Below, piece after piece: positions 51,262 through 63,624 of a DNA stretch of 64,000 bases (its first letter is position 1; each line of letters opens with the position of its first letter). Below the pieces are notes generated by a model that was not told where the DNA came from, did not search any database, and saw only the letters and a program-made list of their open reading frames with translations. This DNA is from Octopus sinensis (taxonomy: Eukaryota), in NCBI RefSeq assembly GCF_006345805.1, contig NC_043022.1, forward strand, positions 24,304,001-24,368,000. The letters run 5' to 3'. Made by a program: the position numbers and the translations under genes.

Positions 51262-51660
51262 CAGAAACATTAGCATGCTGGGCGAAATGCTTAGCGGTAT
51301 TTCGTCTGCTGTTACATTCTGAGTTCAAACTCTGCTGAGGTTGACTTTGCCTTTCATCCTTTCGGGGTCGATAAATTAAGTACCAGTTACGAACTGGAGT
51401 CGATATAATCAACTTAATCCATTCCTCTGTCCTTGTTTGTCCCCTCTGTGTAGCCCCTTGTCAACAGTAAAGAAATAAGTATTTCATCTGCCGCTACGTT
51501 CTGAGTTCAAATTACGCCGAGGTCGACTTTGCCTTTCATCCTTTTGAGGTCAATTAAATAAGTACCAGTTACGCACTAGGGTTGATATAATCGACTTAAT
51601 CCATTTCTCTGTCCTTGTTTGTCCCCTCTGGGTGTAGCCCCTTGTGGGCAGTATAAAAAT
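51262..51660 (+). mobile_element. SINE family B head-to-tail dimer with TSD
   Basis: 10-bp TSD AACAAAGGGG (51252-51261, 51661-51670) and junction GAAATA|AGTATTTC at 51477/51478. Confidence 0.9.
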
Positions 51661-52324
51661 AACAAAGGGGGAATATTTTTAGGAGAGAACTGATGAATGC
51701 AACATGATGGCTGGCTTTAATTGAATGAAGAAGATTTCATGGTTTCTTGGACAGGACTGCTGCTGGTGTTAAGTGAAGAGAAGTTAGGAGTTTCTCGGAT
51801 ATACAAAGGCTGCTGGAACCGAGTGAGGAGGAATTAAGAGCTTCTCAGACGTACTATGGCTGCAGGTACTGGGTAGAGAGGAGTTCATTACTTACAATAA
51901 AATTAGTGAGTGGTGTATCTGATAGAGGTATGTGTGTATGTGTGAGAGAGAGAGAGAGGGAGAGAGAGAGAGGGAGAGAGAGAGAGGGAGAGAGAGAGAG
52001 GGGGGTATTAATAATTTGTTGGATGAGGTCTTTAAGAATAATATCGTGGTTGAAGATATCACACAAGTAACAAAAGAACAGAAACAAAAAGAAAAACAAC
52101 AGAACAAAACAACAAAAAAAAAACAAAACTACTGATGATGTAATATCAATGAAATAAAGATTGTAACCTCTCTGGCCTCTCTGAAAGCGCATCTCATAAG
52201 GTGCAGAGATGCAAGGCTTAGATTGTGTAAAACCAAAATGAGGATGGCTGATGGTGGAGACAAGTGGAGGTGAGGTGATGATGGTGGTGGTGGTAATGGT
52301 AGTTCTTGTTGTGTTTAAGTGCAA

Positions 52325-52359
<35 letters not shown>

Positions 52360-52610
52360 TGATGACATGCAGATGATAGATGCAGTAGAACTGTGATAAA
52401 TTATGGCTTGCATCACATCTGAGTGGTGGAGCAGGAGGTGGGGGATGGGTGGGTCTGGCTGGCTGGTTTGCTGGTTGGTGTGGTAAATAGATGTCAAGTA
52501 GAGAAGATAAGAGGTGGACAGGGTTTAGGAGGACGAGGAGGAGGAGGAGGAAATTGTCAGTGATATTAAAGCGAACATTTACTATATTTGCAATAGATAT
52601 ATAGAGCCGG

Positions 52611-52611
<1 letters not shown>

Positions 52612-52665
<54 letters not shown>

Positions 52666-52800
52666 GTGTGAGTGTGTGTGTGTGTGTTTGTGTTTGTGTG
52701 TGAGAGTCTCTGTGTGAGAGTCTCTGTGTGTGTGTGTGTGTGTGTTTGTGTGAGTGTGTGTGTGTGTGTGTCTGTGTTTGTGTGTGTGTGTGTGTGTGTG
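52612..52800. repeat. (TG)n microsatellite
   Basis: Read directly. Confidence 0.97.
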
Positions 52801-53290
52801 CAGGAAAGGAAAAGTTAATAGTAGTTTAGTGATTAAGTCAGCATAATATGTCTTCTAAAACAAACAGACATCTTACAATGGTTGTGTGTCAGTTAACACT
52901 AACCATATTCTGTTCACGGCAGTCAGTCAGTCTGTCTGCCTGTGTCTGTCTGTCTGGCTTTATTTATGGTTTCTTTCTTTCTTTCTCAGTGTGTGTGGGT
53001 GTGTGAGAGAGAAAGAGAGAAAGACAGACTAACAGACAGACTCCAAGAGGCAAACTTACAGATCTGTGAAAATAGTAACAGATTTACTTCAGCGTTTTTG
53101 TACTCATTCATTTACTCATTTACTTGTTTCAGTCATGTGACTGTGGCCATACTGGAGCACCGCCTTTAGTTGAGCAAAGCGACCCCAGGATTTATTCTTT
53201 GTAAGCCTAGTACTTTATTCTATCGGTCACTCTTTTGCCGAACCGCTAAGTTACGGGGACACAAACATACCAGCATCAGTCGTCAAGCGC

Positions 53291-53681
53291 ATCTTTGATC
53301 ACGAGCAGAAGTAGTGGGGGAGCATCACAGCCATGTGTTGAGAGGGATTCTTTGGGGTTTGAATAATTCACCTCTGGAAACATGGGTGTTTTGTTCAACA
53401 TCCTTAAACAACCCTTATTCAGGGACCTTTTTGAGCAGGATGTGTTACTTGACCAGAAGAAAATTCTAACTGGGCCCCACCTGCAAGGTCATGTGCTGTT
53501 TATCGTGATATGAGATCAGCATGTCGCGCACATATGGTTGTGATGTATGTGCCTGGTGCACCCTTATCAGACGAGTAGTCATGATGGGTATACTGGGCTT
53601 TGTATATTTTACCCCAGTGTCACTTTGATGGCATGCACTGCTCTCTCACTCAATAATAATAATAATAATAATAATAATAAT
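53291..53681 (+). mobile_element. Probable non-LTR retrotransposon 3' UTR fragment with (AAT)n tail
   Basis: Non-coding stretch ending GCACTGCTCTCTCACTC-(AAT)n that truncates a family A SINE at 53290. Confidence 0.55.
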
Positions 53682-53880
53682 TTCTACTACAAGCACAAGG
53701 TCTGAAATTTTGGTGGGAGGGGAGCTAGTCAATTACACCGGGCCCCAGTATGAAACTCATACTTACAATGATGAAAGGCAGAGGTTGACCTTGGCGAAAT
53801 TTGAACTCAGAATGTAATGATGAACAACATGCTGCTAAGCATTTTGCCTGATGTGGTAATGATTCTGCCAGATCGCTGCC

Positions 53881-53919
<39 letters not shown>

Positions 53920-56009
53920 GTTTCAAATTTTGGCACAAGAGCAGCTGTTTTATAAGAGTTGGGATGACATTAATTACATTGATCTTGACTAGTACTTATT
54001 TTATTACCCATGAAAAGATGAAATGCAAAGTCAAACCTAGGCGGAATTTGAACTCAAAAAGTAAAGATAGACAAAATGCTGCTAAGTCTGGCATTCTAAC
54101 AGTTCTGCTAGCTTGTTGCCGTAATAATAATCTAACCCACAGGGCACCAAACTGGCACCACATGAATCATTTACAGTTCAGTTGCCTTTCACTTCTGTTG
54201 ACTTGAAACCTTCTGTTAAAATAGCAGTAATATACCAAGGGCGCATCAGAAGCCTAGACATAAGGTCACCACACCCCCAGAAAGACTCCCAACTGCGACA
54301 ACATCTTAGCCTAAATTTACTGCTTGTTGTTTTACCAGCAGTAAAACAACTAATGCTTTACAGTAAGCTACTAAGTGACATTTTAGTACACCTCTATCTC
54401 TCCATATATATATATGTGTGTATGTATGTATGTATATATGTATGTATGTATGTATATATATTTCATTTTTGAAATTTGGTTTCAAGATTCTTTATGTGAG
54501 TTCGCGTGTTGAAGCATATTTTGTTGTGTCTGGGGAAAGTCATTCTCTTTTAGTGCCTTATGATTTAACACACTCACTGGTTAAGTTTCCACTCAATTAC
54601 TCATTTATTTTGTTCTATGCATGCACCGCCACTCCAACTGAGACCACCCCTAGTTTTAAAGTGATCTAAATGAAAGCCTTCCATCAAAATTTCGTGTTAA
54701 TTAATGTTTCAAATACCAGCTTAAACCCTTCAGTATTTCAACCATCCATAACCAGCCCAAATATTTTATGTTTTATGCAAAAAACGACCTGATTCAACCT
54801 TTTATACCTATCCTACCATGCCATTTTAAATATATACAATCACATCATTTAAATTTTTAAGTTAAAAGATAATGCATTATTAATTCAAAACATACATTTG
54901 ACAGGGTAATCTGAATGCTAAAGGGTTAAAAAGGGCAAAGTTATTTTGATAAATTCTTTACTAGTTAATTGAAGCAAAGGCAATGTATATCAACAGAAAT
55001 ATGGTAACAATAGGGGTATGATGAATCCTAACACAATGTTTCATTATGGACGGTCTAGCATCATCATCATCATCAACAACAGCACCACCTAAACTGTTAA
55101 CCATGTTGGCATTGTTACTGCTGCTGCTACTACTACTACTGTTTAGTCTCTATACATACAGCTGTTCATGATTATATTCATTGAACAAGATTTCCCAACA
55201 GGTTTACAGAAATGAAGAAGAAAAAAAAAATCCACCCCATTCAAACATTTACCCCTTCAAAGGAAGAAAACAACAACAAAAATAACTCTTACCACAAGCA
55301 AACTTAACTCTGTGTGTGTGTGTGTGTGGACATACATGCAGAGACAGGTGCTGTGTGTGTACATGGTGCTTGGAGAGGTAGCAAGCCTTGAAATAGCAAC
55401 AGCTGTGAACACACACACACAGAGTTCTACACATACATCTGGTTTTATACACACACATACACAAGAGTTCTATGCACACATCTGCATAGATTTGCATGCA
55501 TACACAAATATAATACTCTTACGCACACATGCACCCCCACCACACAAACACTAGCTGTGTACACAGCTCCAGATGTGGATTTGAACCAGAAACATTTATT
55601 TCTAATTTATGAACAGCAATATGCACAGGCAGAATGCAATATGTGCGCTGGCAGAAACGTTAGCAAGGCGGGCGAAATGCTTAGCCATATTTCGTCTGTC
55701 TTTACATTCTGAGTTCAAATTCCGCCGAGGTCGACTTTGCCTTTCATCGTTTTGGGGTCAATAAATTAAGTACTAGTTTCGTTGGAGTCGATGTAATTAA
55801 CTTAATCCCTTCGCCTGTCCTTGTTTGTCCCCTCTATGTTTAGCCCCTTGTGGGCAATAAAGAAATAAGAAGTTTGTTTCTTAACCACATGGTTCCAGGT
55901 TCAATCCCACTGTGTGGCACCTCAAGTAAGTGTCTTCTGCTACAGTTTGGGCCAACCAAAGCCTTGTGAATGGGTTTGGTAAACAGAAGGGGTCCCAAAT
56001 ATATATATA

Positions 56010-56228
56010 TGAGGGAGTACTGAAAAGCTCCCGGATTTAAGGGTATAGTGAAAGGCCTGGTTGGAGGCCCAACCTTCCAAGTTTTTTTTTACAGGGCTTA
56101 GAAAAATTGAGGGCCTGCTGCCAAAAGTGTGTGAATCTGAGAGGGGAAGTGGTTGAATAAGATCAAAACTAACTGATCCTCCTGTATTTTCTTTTACCCA
56201 AAGCCAGGAATTTTTCAGCAACCTGTCA
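56010..56228 (+). mobile_element. Internally deleted mariner retaining the transposase C-terminus
   Basis: Degenerate TIRs (TA)TGAGGGAGTACTGAAAAG / TTTTTCAGCAACCTGTCA. Bases 56092-56160 encode QGLEKLRACCQKCVNLRGEVVE*, similar to mariner GIxKLxxRWQKCxxxxGxYxE*. Confidence 0.75.
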
Positions 56229-57226
56229 TGTGTGTATCTGTGTCGTGTTTGTCCCCCCACCACTGCTAAACTTGAGCAGATATGGCAAAAGAACTAATGG
56301 AGAAAGTACCATACTTTAAAAACAAGAAGAAGAAAAAACAAAAAAAGAAAGGACTGGGGTTGATTTGTTCAATTAACCCTTTGAGACAGTGCCCCAGTAT
56401 GACCACAGTCTAACGACTGAAACAAGTAAAAGATAAAATATAAAAGAAAATATTTCAATAAAAGAGAAGCTGAACCACATTGAAAGAAATAAGCCGAAGT
56501 AAAAGCTGCTCTCATAAATGAATAATGCTCAAATTATTATACAACATAATTAAGTCATTCCTTTTGATTTCGCCGACTGACCTCCTCACCTCCCACCTCT
56601 TTACATACATAGAGGAGAAATAGGTCAGTGGGTCAAGTAATTAACATCCAGTCCACACTCAATAGAGAACCGCTAATCCTTTCTACCCCACTTCTTTTCT
56701 TTCCCCGCTCTCTCTTTCTCACCAAGCCAGTGGTTGGACTGCTACTAGTGGTCATGGCTGTGATAATATTGTGTTGGCGATGGCTGCAGTGGTGATTGTA
56801 GTAGTAATGGTTGTTAGGTGCAGTATTGGTGATAGAAGTAATAGTAGTAATAATGGTAGTTAGGTACAGTTTTGGCGGCGAGCTGGCAGAAACGTTAGTA
56901 CGACAGGCGAAATGCTTAGCCATATTTCGTCTGCCGTTACGTTCTGAGTTCAAATTCCGCCAAGGTCGACTTTGCCTTTCATACTTTTGGGGTCGATAAA
57001 TATAGTTCACTGTAGAGTTGGAGATAGTAGTGAGAGTGGTAGTAATGAAAGGTAGCTAGCTGTAGTATTGGAGATGGTTAGTAAAGGTAACTATCATATT
57101 TTCCAGCAAACAAGTCCAAGAAGTTACATATTGTGTAAACACTGAAACATGTCAATATCTTTCCAAACTCTACATCTTGCAAGGAATTCCCCAACTTCCT
57201 AAGTCATTTTGGTACATAAATCAACT

Positions 57227-57580
57227 GGATCTTCTCGGTTTGAACGGCAGCTTTTAACATGATTTCTAGGTAACAAATTTAAACTTTGTATACTGGTAGA
57301 ATGTGTTTATAAAACATCTTTTTCTCTTGGCTTTATTGAGAAAATTCTATAGTTTTTCTTCAATTTCTGCAATTTCAACCAATCTGTGCGGTATGAATAT
57401 GTCCCTCGTTTAAGAATCAGATTGGGTTTATTTACATTTGTGAAGAAAAAAAGATACCCTTTCCCCACCCCTAACCCTAAAACAGATTGAAATGCAAGAG
57501 ATCGATACTAGGGTCATAATTATGGGTGACAATTTCATATGACACCGCTAGAAAAACTGCCGTTCAAACCAAAAAGATCC
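57227..57580. mobile_element. GGATC-TIR MITE (Merlin-like)
   Basis: Family TIRs; 8-bp TSD AATCAACT / AATCAACC (7/8 match). Confidence 0.88.
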
Positions 57581-57856
57581 AATCAACCTACATTTTTTGG
57601 CTGTAAATTTTGGTCCGAAAAATTCTACTTGCATGCCACAAAATATAATGGTTGTGGTACTGAAGATAGCTGTGACAGTGGTGGTAATGGTAGCTAGCTA
57701 TGATGCTCCAGATAGTGATCAAGTATTTTTGCACTCAAGTCCTAGACTCACCAAAGTCTCACAATGGTTGTGTGTCAGTTAACACTGTATTCTATTCACA
57801 GAAGTCAGTCAGTTTGTCTGCCTGAGTGACTGTCATTATTTTTGTTTTCTTACAGT

Positions 57857-57918
<62 letters not shown>

Positions 57919-58154
57919 TCAGAGACAGAGAAAGCAGACTCAGAGATCTGTAGAAGTAGTGACAGATTTAACTTCAGCATTTATCTTTAAATACTTGTTT
58001 CAGTCATTACACTGTGGCCATGCTGGGGCACTGCCTTGAAGAATTTTTAGTTGAATGAATCAGCCTCAGTGCTTATTCTTTTAAGCCTGGTACTTATTTT
58101 ATTGATCTACTTTGTCGAACTGCTAGGTTACAGGGACAGACACAAATATATATA

Positions 58155-58549
58155 CATAGGAGTGGCTGTGTGATAAGTAGCTTGCTAACCAACCACATGG
58201 TTCCGGGTTCAGTCCCACTGTGTGGCATCTTAGGCAAGTGTCTTCTGCTATAGCCTCGGGCCGACCAATGCCTTGTGAGTGGATTTGGTAGATGGAAACT
58301 GAAAGAAGCCTGTCGTATATATGTATATATATATGCGCGTGTGTGTTTGTGTGTCTGTGCTTGTCCCCCTAGCATTGCTTGACAACCGATGCTGGTGTGT
58401 TTATGTCCCCGTTACTTAGCGGTTCGGCAAAAGAGACCGATAGAATAAGTACTGGGCTTACAAAAAGAATAAGTCCCGGGGTTGAGTCGCTCGATTAAAG
58501 GTGGTGCTCCAGCATGGCCGCAGTCAAATGACTGAAACAAGTAAAAGAG
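58155..58549 (+). mobile_element. SINE family A, near full length
   Basis: Canonical head, core-like motif and tail. Confidence 0.92.
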
Positions 58550-58875
58550 TATATACATATGTGCTACTTTTAGTTTCCATCTACAAAATCCACTCAAAAG
58601 ACTTTGGTTTGTTTGAAGCTATAGTAGAGGACACTTGTCCAATGTGTCAAGCAGTGGGTCTGAACCTGAAACAATGTGGATGCGAAGCAAGCTTCTTATC
58701 ACACAGCCATACCAATACCTACTTTTGTTTTTTTTTTAAACCTGTAACAACGATCTGGAACTCGACTGACAATAGAAAGCTCCAAATGACCTGTCCTTTT
58801 TTATATCATTTAACTGTCCGGATGTTTTGTTACGTTCTTGTTCCATTTTTTTGTTTTGTTTATATAAATATATAT

Positions 58876-59124
58876 GCCGGTGGCATGTGTAAAAGGTTTG
58901 AGCGAGGTCGTTGCCAGTACTGCCTGACTGGCCCCTGTGCCGGTGGCACGTAAAAGCACCCACTACACTCTCAGAGTTGTTGGCGTTAGGAAGGGCATCC
59001 AGCTGTAGAAACTCTGCCAGATCGAGATTGAAGCCTGGTGCACCCATCTGGTTCGCCAGACCTGTCATACGTCCAACCCATGCTAGCATGGAAAGCGGAC
59101 GTTAAACGATGATGATGATGATGA
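58876..59124 (+). mobile_element. SINE family C
   Basis: GGCGTTAGGAAGGGCATCCAGC body and CCATGCTAGCATGG..(GAT)n tail. Confidence 0.85.
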
Positions 59125-59148
59125 CATAGCAATGCATATATGAGGCTA

Positions 59149-59206
<58 letters not shown>

Positions 59207-59734
59207 CATCGTTTAACGTCCGCTTTCCATGCTAGCATGGGTTGGACATGTGTATATATATATATATATATACACACACACATAGCCTCATATATGTATT
59301 GCTATGTATGTCATCATCGTTTAACGTCCACTTTCCATGCTAGCATGGGTTGGACGTGTGTGTGTATATATATATATACACACACACACATACACATACA
59401 GTATATTGTCCCTAATACTTGTTTCTAATTTAAGTCCAAGGGTTTTGAGGGAGAAAAAGTAGCAGATACCATTGGTCCCAGGATCTTATTTCATGGACTG
59501 ACACCGGAGGAACGAAGGGCACATACAAAACCCCACTTTCTAATTTTGGCACAAGGTGAGCGGGTTTCAAAGGGTGGGGACAAGTCGATTACATTGACCC
59601 TAATACTTGGTACTGGATTTTATCACCCCACCCCACATCCAAGAATGGAAGGCAAAATTTGAAAAATGTAAATATGGATAGTCGCTGGCGTGGTCGTGCG
59701 TTAAGAAGTTTGTCCAACAACTGTAATAGTCGGC

Positions 59735-59883
59735 GATCCTTCGGTATAGGTACCTTAAGTGGCTCTGTTTACGTTTCTGAAGATAACAGAAACCCTTTTC
59801 TACCACCCCTAACCCCTCATATATATATATATATATATATAAAACACTTTCTGAAATGTATCCGGTACCTATACCGAAGTTAC
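59735..59883. mobile_element. Small inverted-repeat element nested in a family A SINE head
   Basis: Perfect 16-bp inverted repeat CTTCGGTATAGGTACC (59739-59754) / GGTACCTATACCGAAG (59864-59879). Confidence 0.7.
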
Positions 59884-60781
59884 GCCCAATATTCTGGGTT
59901 CAGTCCTACATACAGCAAAGCAGCTGAGCCGATCAAAGCTTTGAGTAGATTAGGTAGACGGAAACTGAAAGAAGCCCGTCGTGTGTGTGTGTATGTATGT
60001 CACTCACCCCCCCCCCGCTTAATAACCGGTGTTGGTTTGCTAACGTTCCTATAAATTAGCGATTCCACAAAAGAAATCGACAGAATAAGCACCAGGCTTT
60101 AAAAAAATTAGTATCGTTGAAGGAGGTGCCCCAGCATGGTCGCAGTAATGCCTGAAACAAGTACAGGATATATACTTACATATATACACACACGCATACG
60201 TATCTACACAAGTGGTTTTTATATACACGCGGAGATGCGTGTATGTGTTTGTCTAAACAAAAATATACATACATACACACATCTGCTACGTTAATTGGCG
60301 CGCTAATTCACTGGTGTAAGTGGCCGCAGCCAAGTGCGAGAAGGGGAGTGATGGTAAGAGGAGAGAGCGAGCGAGGGAGTCGCAAGTCAGTGAGCCAACG
60401 TTATAGTCTTCTGCCTACTGACACCGCTACCACTGCTGCTGCTAATGCTACTAGCTCTCACAGAGCTGCTCGCCTCGCTCTTAAAAGGCTGACAGCACTA
60501 CAAAACAAGTCGACAGCTACATAGCTTTATACTGTCTGCTGAACGAAGCACAAACGATTTGTTGTGAACACAAGGATTTCTTTCAATATACACGCATTAT
60601 GTACATAGAAACAGACATTACAAACACATAAATATAAGACAGGTGTGTGTGTGTGTTATCTATACACACACACACACACACACATTACATACAAACCCAT
60701 AGATCCAGATATACACACACATACCTGCACACATATACATATACACGCACGCACAAGCATATATACATTCATATCTGTACG

Positions 60782-60836
<55 letters not shown>

Positions 60837-61444
60837 GCGTTGACTACTTAATTTTCATAGCTCTAAGCTAATCGTTTAATGTGTTTTTTTTTTGTTTTTT
60901 GGTAGATTCTACAAAAGAAAATATATCCTCACGTGCCTTTGTATAATAATTTATTTTTACAAGGAAAAACGGTTGACAGGGACTTCGAAGCCAACAAACT
61001 GGCGAAATTTCACGAAGTCACTATCAACAATTTTCTTTTACAAATAAATGTGACGCCCTACTTAAAATGTGTTGAGTAGATCCTTCAGCCCATGTTTGTT
61101 TATATACACGCATATATACATACATGCAAATAACACTACATAAAACAAAAACAGACGTTAAAACACACTGCCTTGACCAAGTACACGTATAACATACGTG
61201 CGTAGATATACATATATAAACACATATAAATACACATATCGAATAACAATTTTCTCCCCTTCACACAAATGTGAGATCTAGGACTAGATACAGCACGGGA
61301 TTCGGCGGCGTTGATGCTTTTCTCTGCTGTTAGCAGTCTCAACAAACGAGCCTGTGTGGTCACTGGAGTTCTCTTAGAAATAACAGCCAAAACTCTCTCT
61401 CAAACACCCTTGCTGTTTCCAAGCAGGACCTTTGGAACACAACC

Positions 61445-61561
61445 TTATCTATCCGTCTGCTTGCCTCTATTTATCTATCTATCTATCTGACTGTCTGTCT
61501 GTCTTCTGTCCGCCTATCTATCTATCTATCTACCTATCTATCTATCTATCAATCTGTCTGC

Positions 61562-61615
<54 letters not shown>

Positions 61616-61830
61616 GCCTATCTATCTATATCTATCTATCTGTCTGTGTGTCTATCTATCTGTCTGTGTCTATCTATCTATCTGTCTGTCTGTCTATCTG
61701 TTTATCTATCTGTCTTTCTATCTATCTATCTATCTATCTGTCTGTGTGTCTATCTATCTGTCTGTGTGTCTATCTATCTGTCTGTGTGTCTATCTATCTA
61801 TCTGTCTGTCTGCCTATCTATCTGCATGTC
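61445..61830. repeat. (TCTA/TCTG)n tetranucleotide microsatellite
   Basis: Read directly. Confidence 0.97.
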
Positions 61831-62353
61831 TCTCATCTTCTCTCTCTCTCACACACACACACAATCTACATTCGAAACATGAAGCTGCACGTTTGAAAAC
61901 AAACGGTAAGATGGTCACGGCGGGAACTCAGGGGTTGATCTGAGACAATTTCTTAGTCAGACTTCCCTTCCTCTAATACGCAAAGGTCTGTCTGATGCCC
62001 ACTGAACGATAAGCGATTAGGTGACGATCATGCTTGGACCTGAACGGGAAATTGAAACCCTGTCGCTGGAGTTTGCATCTAAAACACCACAGATCAATAA
62101 AAATTTCTGGAGGTATTTAATTAAGGAGAATAAACACAAGCAAGGTGCGAGCGAGTATTAATGAGACTTAAGAGCTTGTAGTATGTGTGCCAGTATATTT
62201 TATACATACATACACACACATATATACACAAGCACCTAATATATTTCTATACCTACACACACACACACACACACATAGGTAAGTGTCAATGCACGGTACT
62301 CTCGGCCCTTGAGTAACTGTAACTTCTGTCGATTGTTAGTAATGGAAAATATA

Positions 62354-62764
62354 TATTTCTTTACTACCCACAAGGGTCTAAACATGGAGGGGACAAACAA
62401 GGACAGACAAAGGGATTAAGTCGATTACATCGACCCAGTGCGAAACTAGTACTTTATTTATCGACTCCCGAGAGGATGAAAGGCAAAGTCGACCTCGGTG
62501 GAATTCGAACTCAAAACGTAACGATAGACGAAATACCTATTTCTTTATTACCCACAAGGGGCTAAACACAGAGGGGACAAACAAGGACAGACATAGGCAT
62601 TAAGTCGATTACATCGACCCCAGTGCGTACCTGGTACTTAATTTATCGACCCCGAAAGGATGAAAGGCAAAGTCGACCTCGGTGGAATTCGAACTCAAAA
62701 CGTAACGATAGACGAAATACCGCTAAGCATTTCGCCCGGCGCGCTAACGTCTCTGCCAGCTCGA
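62354..62764 (-). mobile_element. SINE family B head-to-tail dimer with TSD
   Basis: 9-bp TSD GAAAATATA (62345-62353, 62765-62773), junction palindrome at 62530-62543, and a second unit of 184 bp. Confidence 0.92.
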
Positions 62765-63104
62765 GAAAATATACTCGTGTTTTGAGTTCTATTTTCCTAT
62801 TTGCATCACTGTATATACACACACTTGCGCGCGCGAATTCGGATTTACAAACAGAGGCAAAAAGAAAAAAGCAACAACAAAAAAAAAAGAAAAGCATGTA
62901 CTCAATACATGTAATGGAGTTTATTTCTTTATTCGAAGCTGAGTGAACCCGCCCTCTGCCGCTCGCTGCTCTGTTTCAATTTTACACAGCACTGACATAT
63001 ATTATTTATAATATAATCACTCTCTCTCTCTCTCTCTCTGTCTCTCACACTCACACACACTCACTCACTCACTCACTCATTCACTCACTGCTGGTACTAC
63101 TGTT

Positions 63105-63624
63105 TTTTCGTCTGCCGTTACGTTGCGAGTTCAAATTTCGCCGAAGTCGGCTTTGCCTTTCATCCTTTCGGGGTCGATAAATTTAGTACCAGTTTCGCAC
63201 TGGGGTCGATGTAATCGACTTAATCCATTCGTCTGTCCTTGTTTGGCCCCTTGGGAGTAGTAAAGAAATAGGTATTTCGTCTGTCGTTACGTTGTGAGTT
63301 CAAATTCCGCCGAGGTCGACTTTGCCTTTCATCCTTTCGGGGTCGATAAATTTAGTACCAGTTACGCACTGGGGTCGATGTAATCGACTTAATACTTATG
63401 TCTGTCCTTGTTTGTCCCCTCTGTGTTTATCCCCTTGTGGGTAATAAAGAAATAGGTATTTCGTCTGTTGTTACGTTCTGAGTTCAAATTCCGCCGAGGT
63501 CGACTTTGCCTTTCATCCTTTCGGGGGTCGATAAATTAAGTACCAGTTCCGCACTGGGGTCGATGTAATCGACTTAATACCTATGTTTGTCCTTGTTTAG
63601 CCCCTTGTGGGTAGTAAAGAAATA
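63105..63624 (+). mobile_element. SINE family B headless trimer
   Basis: Junctions GAAATA|GGTA at 63270/63271, 63454/63455 and 63624/63625. Flanks GGTACTACTGTT (63093-63104) and GGTACTACTACTGTT (63625-63639) look like one TSD. Confidence 0.92.
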
